DNA of 28,768 bases, taken from assembly GCA_029935695.1 (NCBI GenBank), contig JAOZJV010000001.1:1-28768 (forward strand). The letters are read 5' to 3'. The notes beneath the pieces are model-generated. The model saw only the letters and a list, made by a program, of their open reading frames with translations. It was not told the origin of the DNA and searched no databases. A program made the position numbers and the translations under genes. Shown in pieces: positions 25,365 through 28,768 of this stretch. Every line of letters starts with the position of its first letter. The first letter of the stretch is position 1. The stretch comes from Candidatus Krumholzibacteriia bacterium. Its GTDB lineage: Bacteria > Krumholzibacteriota > Krumholzibacteriia > LZORAL124-64-63.

Positions 25365-25621
25365 TTTCCATCATCTCCAAGTGCCGGATTTCCGGCAAAC
25401 ACAAGACATCGGGAACCCAGGTATCTCCGGCGAATCCTTTAGTCTCGAACTAGCCCGACCAGTTGCCGGACTCAATCCCCCGATTGTCGGGAGAGTATCT
25501 GAATGTCCCCCTGCGCAGTTGACGCAACTGAACATTGTCCTCCAATTTGGATACAACGCTAACCGATGCGACTGCCTAAGACAACTCTTTTTTGCTCTTC
25601 AAGTAAAGAAAGCTCAAGCGT

Positions 25622-26515
25622 TTAATGGACTATTTCCACTTCTCCATATTTGGCCCTGGTGTTTAACCACAGCACTGGGCCGGGTGTTTCGGCATTGGCG
25701 TTTGTCCCCATGGACGCTTTGTTGCTGAGATTATCAACATTGATACTCTTGGGAATAATCACTGCCATTCCACCCATTTTGGCTGAAAGATTTACGTCGC
25801 AATCATTGACCCAGGCACCACCAAGATCTACCTCGGCTCCACCCATGGAGCTGGAAATATCCAAAATGGCAGGGCTGGCATTGCCCACATCTTCGATGGA
25901 TCCACCTCCCATTGCAAACCTGATACGCAAGTTGGACATAGGCTCTTTAGTGGGCTCGCTGAACTCAATCATACCGCCGCCCTGGCGCATCGAAACATCT
26001 GCAGATGTCAGCCAAAGACCGCCTAAATCTCCCTCAAGCCCCCCCTTTGAGACCCTGGCCACTAACTCCACTGGAACATCCGGAGGTAAAAATACATGAA
26101 TTTTTGTGGATGGTCCCTGGGAGAACATCGATTGCATAAAAGCACGCATGCCGGAACCTGTGCGCTTGAAATCCAATTCAAACTGCCAGGAAGAGTCCGG
26201 AAGAGTGGAAAAATGCTGCTGCAGATCATAGAGTTCACCGTCGTAAACGGCTTCGACGCGTAATCCTTCCCCCGGTTCGGCCGATTGAATCTGGAATTCA
26301 CCCTGGGCCATATCCAAAACCACCCGCCCGGGATGGCCAGCAAGCATGACACTGCTGTCAGCCTTCAGCGGAGTTAGCACTTCAGAGGTCGGATCACTCT
26401 TTTTGACATCATTCCAGGCCAACAGTGCGGTTATTCCGACAATGAGCAAAAGCAAAGCCGATGCACCAAGGCAACCAAAACAGCCGGTTTTGAAACAACC
26501 ACGTGGGCTGGGCAT
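25622..26515 (-). CDS. Membrane-anchored protein with toast-rack/LiaF(DUF2154)-like beta-repeat domain
   Basis: N-terminal GCF..GCFGCLG and one TM, then repeats SKGGLEGDLGGL, AMGGGSIEDVG, SMGGAEVDLGG, KMGGMAVIIP, KYGEVEIV. Confidence 0.62.
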   Translation of the reverse strand: MPSPRGCFKTGCFGCLGASALLLLIVGITALLAWNDVKKSDPTSEVLTPLKADSSVMLAGHPGRVVLDMAQGEFQIQSAEPGEGLRVEAVYDGELYDLQQHFSTLPDSSWQFELDFKRTGSGMRAFMQSMFSQGPSTKIHVFLPPDVPVELVARVSKGGLEGDLGGLWLTSADVSMRQGGGMIEFSEPTKEPMSNLRIRFAMGGGSIEDVGNASPAILDISSSMGGAEVDLGGAWVNDCDVNLSAKMGGMAVIIPKSINVDNLSNKASMGTNANAETPGPVLWLNTRAKYGEVEIVH

Positions 26516-26685
26516 AGAAAAATCCTTTCAAAAGTAAAAACAAAATGGAGGTGATGAAGATACGGCATTCTTACGACAAAGTTACAGCACCTTCAGATCA
26601 GGAACCACTCAAACTTTCCCTGTTCCAGCCGATAAAACAACACACCCCTTGATGTCTCTGGAACCCAAGCGATCGGGCAGCTGCT

Positions 26686-28768
26686 GTGAAAAAGTTCAAA
26701 CCCACTCTCTGGATTATTGTCGCCCTGGTTGTGTCTGTGCCTCTGGTGGGACCATCTGTCTGGCAACAAATGTCCAAGCAATCTCCCGAAAGCAATGTGC
26801 TGCTGGGCACCATGGCCGACTTCCCGAATTCATCCAAATGGATTCCCATCACCGGCGAGCCCCAGGACATCGCCCTGTTGGGCTATTCCCAGACCGGTGC
26901 CCTGGGTGATGCTTTGTATTTCAAAAATCCTGGATTCTATCTGGAACAGGTGCTGGTCGGAGGCGTGAAATGCAGCCGCGTGTCCATGCCCAAGCAAATC
27001 ATGCTGAAAACCGAAGGCCTGCCCGAAGTGCCGGTCATGTCGCGCAGCATCCTGGTTCCACCGGGCAGCAAAACCACCTTGAAAATTGTGGAGCACATAA
27101 CCCGCCAGATCAAAATGGATCCGGTGATTCCATCGTTGGGTCACCTGACCCGTGATATCAATCCCCTGGGATTGGTTCCCCGGTTTGATGAATTCTACAA
27201 ACGCAACGAAGTCTGGCCCAAAAATGTGGTGGAAGTGGGGAAAGTTTTCACCCTGCGCGAGTACAGCGGGGTGAATCTGCGTTTTTATCCCCTGCGTTAT
27301 GATGCCGGCAAGGGTCTGCTTCTGGTCACGGAAAAAATCACTGTTGATATCATCACTGAAGAAACTGATGCCACCATCAAAACAACCACCCTTGAGTTGA
27401 AACCCGGTGGGCAGGAATTCCAAACTGTTTACCAACGGATTTTTGGGGACGACCTGCCGGTTGACTCGGCCAGCAAGTACAATAGCCTGCCCACCCGGGG
27501 CCGCATGCTGATCATTGCCCATGAATCGCTGGCCTCATCCATGGGAGATTTTGTCGCATGGAAGCAGCAACTGGGTATTGATGTGACCTTGCGCACCACG
27601 GCGGAAATCGGGAACAATGCCACCAACATCGGCACCGCCATCGCGGACATGTACAAAGATGATGAAGGCCTGACCTGGGCCATTCTGGTGGGCGACATTG
27701 ACCTGGTGGCCACCCACAGCGGCGGCTACGATGGATCCGATTCCGACAGCCGCTACGCCATGATCGACGGCCCCGACCTGTATCCCGACATTTATGTTTC
27801 CCGCATTTCAGCCAACAACACAACGGAGTTGCTCACCCAGTTGAACAAGTTCATTGCCTATGAAAAATCACCATCCACCGGCGATGAAGCCAGCTGGTAC
27901 CGGCGTGGTGTAGGCATCGCCAGTGACGAAGGATCTCCCTCGGATACAGAGCGGGCCGAGCTGTTGCGGACCGATCTTCTGAATTACGGCTTCCACACCG
28001 TGGATGGAATATACCAGGGGCAAGGCGGAAACTCATTGGCCATCACCACTGCCCTGAACGAGGGTGCCAGCATTGTGAATTACCTCGGTCACGGTTCGGG
28101 CACCAGTTGGGGAAGTGTCTATTTCAGCCGAGCTCAGGTGGCCGCACTGGACAACGGCCCACGCTGGCCCTGGATTGTGGATGTGTCCTGCTCCAACGGT
28201 GATTTCAGTTTGGACGAATGCCTGGCCGAAGCCTGGCTGCGCGCGGGAACTCCCGATGCTCCCCAGGGAGCAATTGGAATTATTTCCGCATCTTCACTGG
28301 CCCCCTGGGTGCCGCCTACGGTGATGCAGGCAGAAGTGATCGACCTGATCATCGGCGAAGAATCCTTCACCCTGGGCGCCCTGTTTTACTCGGGATTGAT
28401 GAAAGTTCTGGACCAGTACACGGGCGTTCCGGTGGCCGAACAGGTCATCGATCAGAACGTGGTGTTTGGCGATTGCTCCCTCATGGTGCGCACCAATACT
28501 CCCGGCACCTATGCCGTCAGCGGTCCTGAGGATTTGTCTTCGGCAGCCACGGTCTGGACCGGGACCATCAACGGCCTTGAAGGCTCGGTGGCAACCCTGA
28601 CCTGGGATGGAGTTTTGTATGGCATCGGCATTGTTGGCGCAGGCGGCAGCACTTCAATTTCCCTGACTGCGTCCCTTGTGGATGTTGAACAGATTCGGCT
28701 GACGGTTTCGGGCTTCAACATGGTCCCGCATCAGGAATTGTTGAGCATTGACGGCAGCCAGGTCAGTG
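26686..28768 (+). CDS. Peptidase C25 (gingipain-like cysteine protease) with C25 propeptide; runs off the right end
   Basis: Manual translation from GTG 26686: MKKFKPTLWIIVALVVSV..., propeptide GLPEVPVMSRSILVP..GVNLRFYPLRY, catalytic domain MLII, ILVGD, YPDIYVSRISA, GIASDEG, NYLGHGS (His 28090), VSCSNG (Cys 28189), NVVFGD.S. No in-frame stop found. Not in the ORF track. Confidence 0.9.
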   Translation, partial: MKKFKPTLWIIVALVVSVPLVGPSVWQQMSKQSPESNVLLGTMADFPNSSKWIPITGEPQDIALLGYSQTGALGDALYFKNPGFYLEQVLVGGVKCSRVSMPKQIMLKTEGLPEVPVMSRSILVPPGSKTTLKIVEHITRQIKMDPVIPSLGHLTRDINPLGLVPRFDEFYKRNEVWPKNVVEVGKVFTLREYSGVNLRFYPLRYDAGKGLLLVTEKITVDIITEETDATIKTTTLELKPGGQEFQTVYQRIFGDDLPVDSASKYNSLPTRGRMLIIAHESLASSMGDFVAWKQQLGIDVTLRTTAEIGNNATNIGTAIADMYKDDEGLTWAILVGDIDLVATHSGGYDGSDSDSRYAMIDGPDLYPDIYVSRISANNTTELLTQLNKFIAYEKSPSTGDEASWYRRGVGIASDEGSPSDTERAELLRTDLLNYGFHTVDGIYQGQGGNSLAITTALNEGASIVNYLGHGSGTSWGSVYFSRAQVAALDNGPRWPWIVDVSCSNGDFSLDECLAEAWLRAGTPDAPQGAIGIISASSLAPWVPPTVMQAEVIDLIIGEESFTLGALFYSGLMKVLDQYTGVPVAEQVIDQNVVFGDCSLMVRTNTPGTYAVSGPEDLSSAATVWTGTINGLEGSVATLTWDGVLYGIGIVGAGGSTSISLTASLVDVEQIRLTVSGFNMVPHQELLSIDGSQVS

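Noticed and set aside
25032-25442. 136-aa plus-strand ORF with Ala/Thr-rich start
   Set aside because: Antisense of the RRM gene; the Ala runs mirror its Gly codons.
26830-27522. 230-aa minus-strand ORF and other short ORFs in 26593-28721
   Set aside because: Shadows of the C25 protease frame that the track omits because it has no stop in the window.

Overview
Ordinary chromosomal window, roughly 50-55% GC by eye, from a Gram-negative bacterium. Three exported proteins end in a 'PNPFNP...G.Y...LV(R/K)' FlgD-Ig/Por-type C-terminal domain, which suggests an FCB-group lineage such as Krumholzibacteriota or Latescibacterota (inference). From left to right: (i) a tightly linked minus-strand trio of a predicted outer-membrane beta-barrel protein, a 1164-aa lipoprotein with ten Calx-beta-like repeats, and the 5' end of a prokaryotic pentameric ligand-gated ion channel (pLGIC) that runs off the window and is missing from the ORF track; (ii) two CTD-bearing exported proteins (DUF362-like, beta-propeller-like) followed by near-identical terminators; (iii) two divergent TetR genes and a TolC/MFP/RND operon whose permease lacks the AcrB proton-relay residues; (iv) trmO-like; (v) ECF sigma, ZAS anti-sigma and a 1003-aa CTD protein; (vi) mazE-like antitoxin with no mazF, followed by an unknown 253-aa gene; (vii) EamA, recQ, a small membrane protein, a glycine-rich RRM protein and a toast-rack-like protein; (viii) a gingipain-like C25 protease running off the right end, also missing from the ORF track. 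I saw no tRNA, rRNA, CRISPR array or transposase. Family calls come from recognising motifs by eye; no searches were run.
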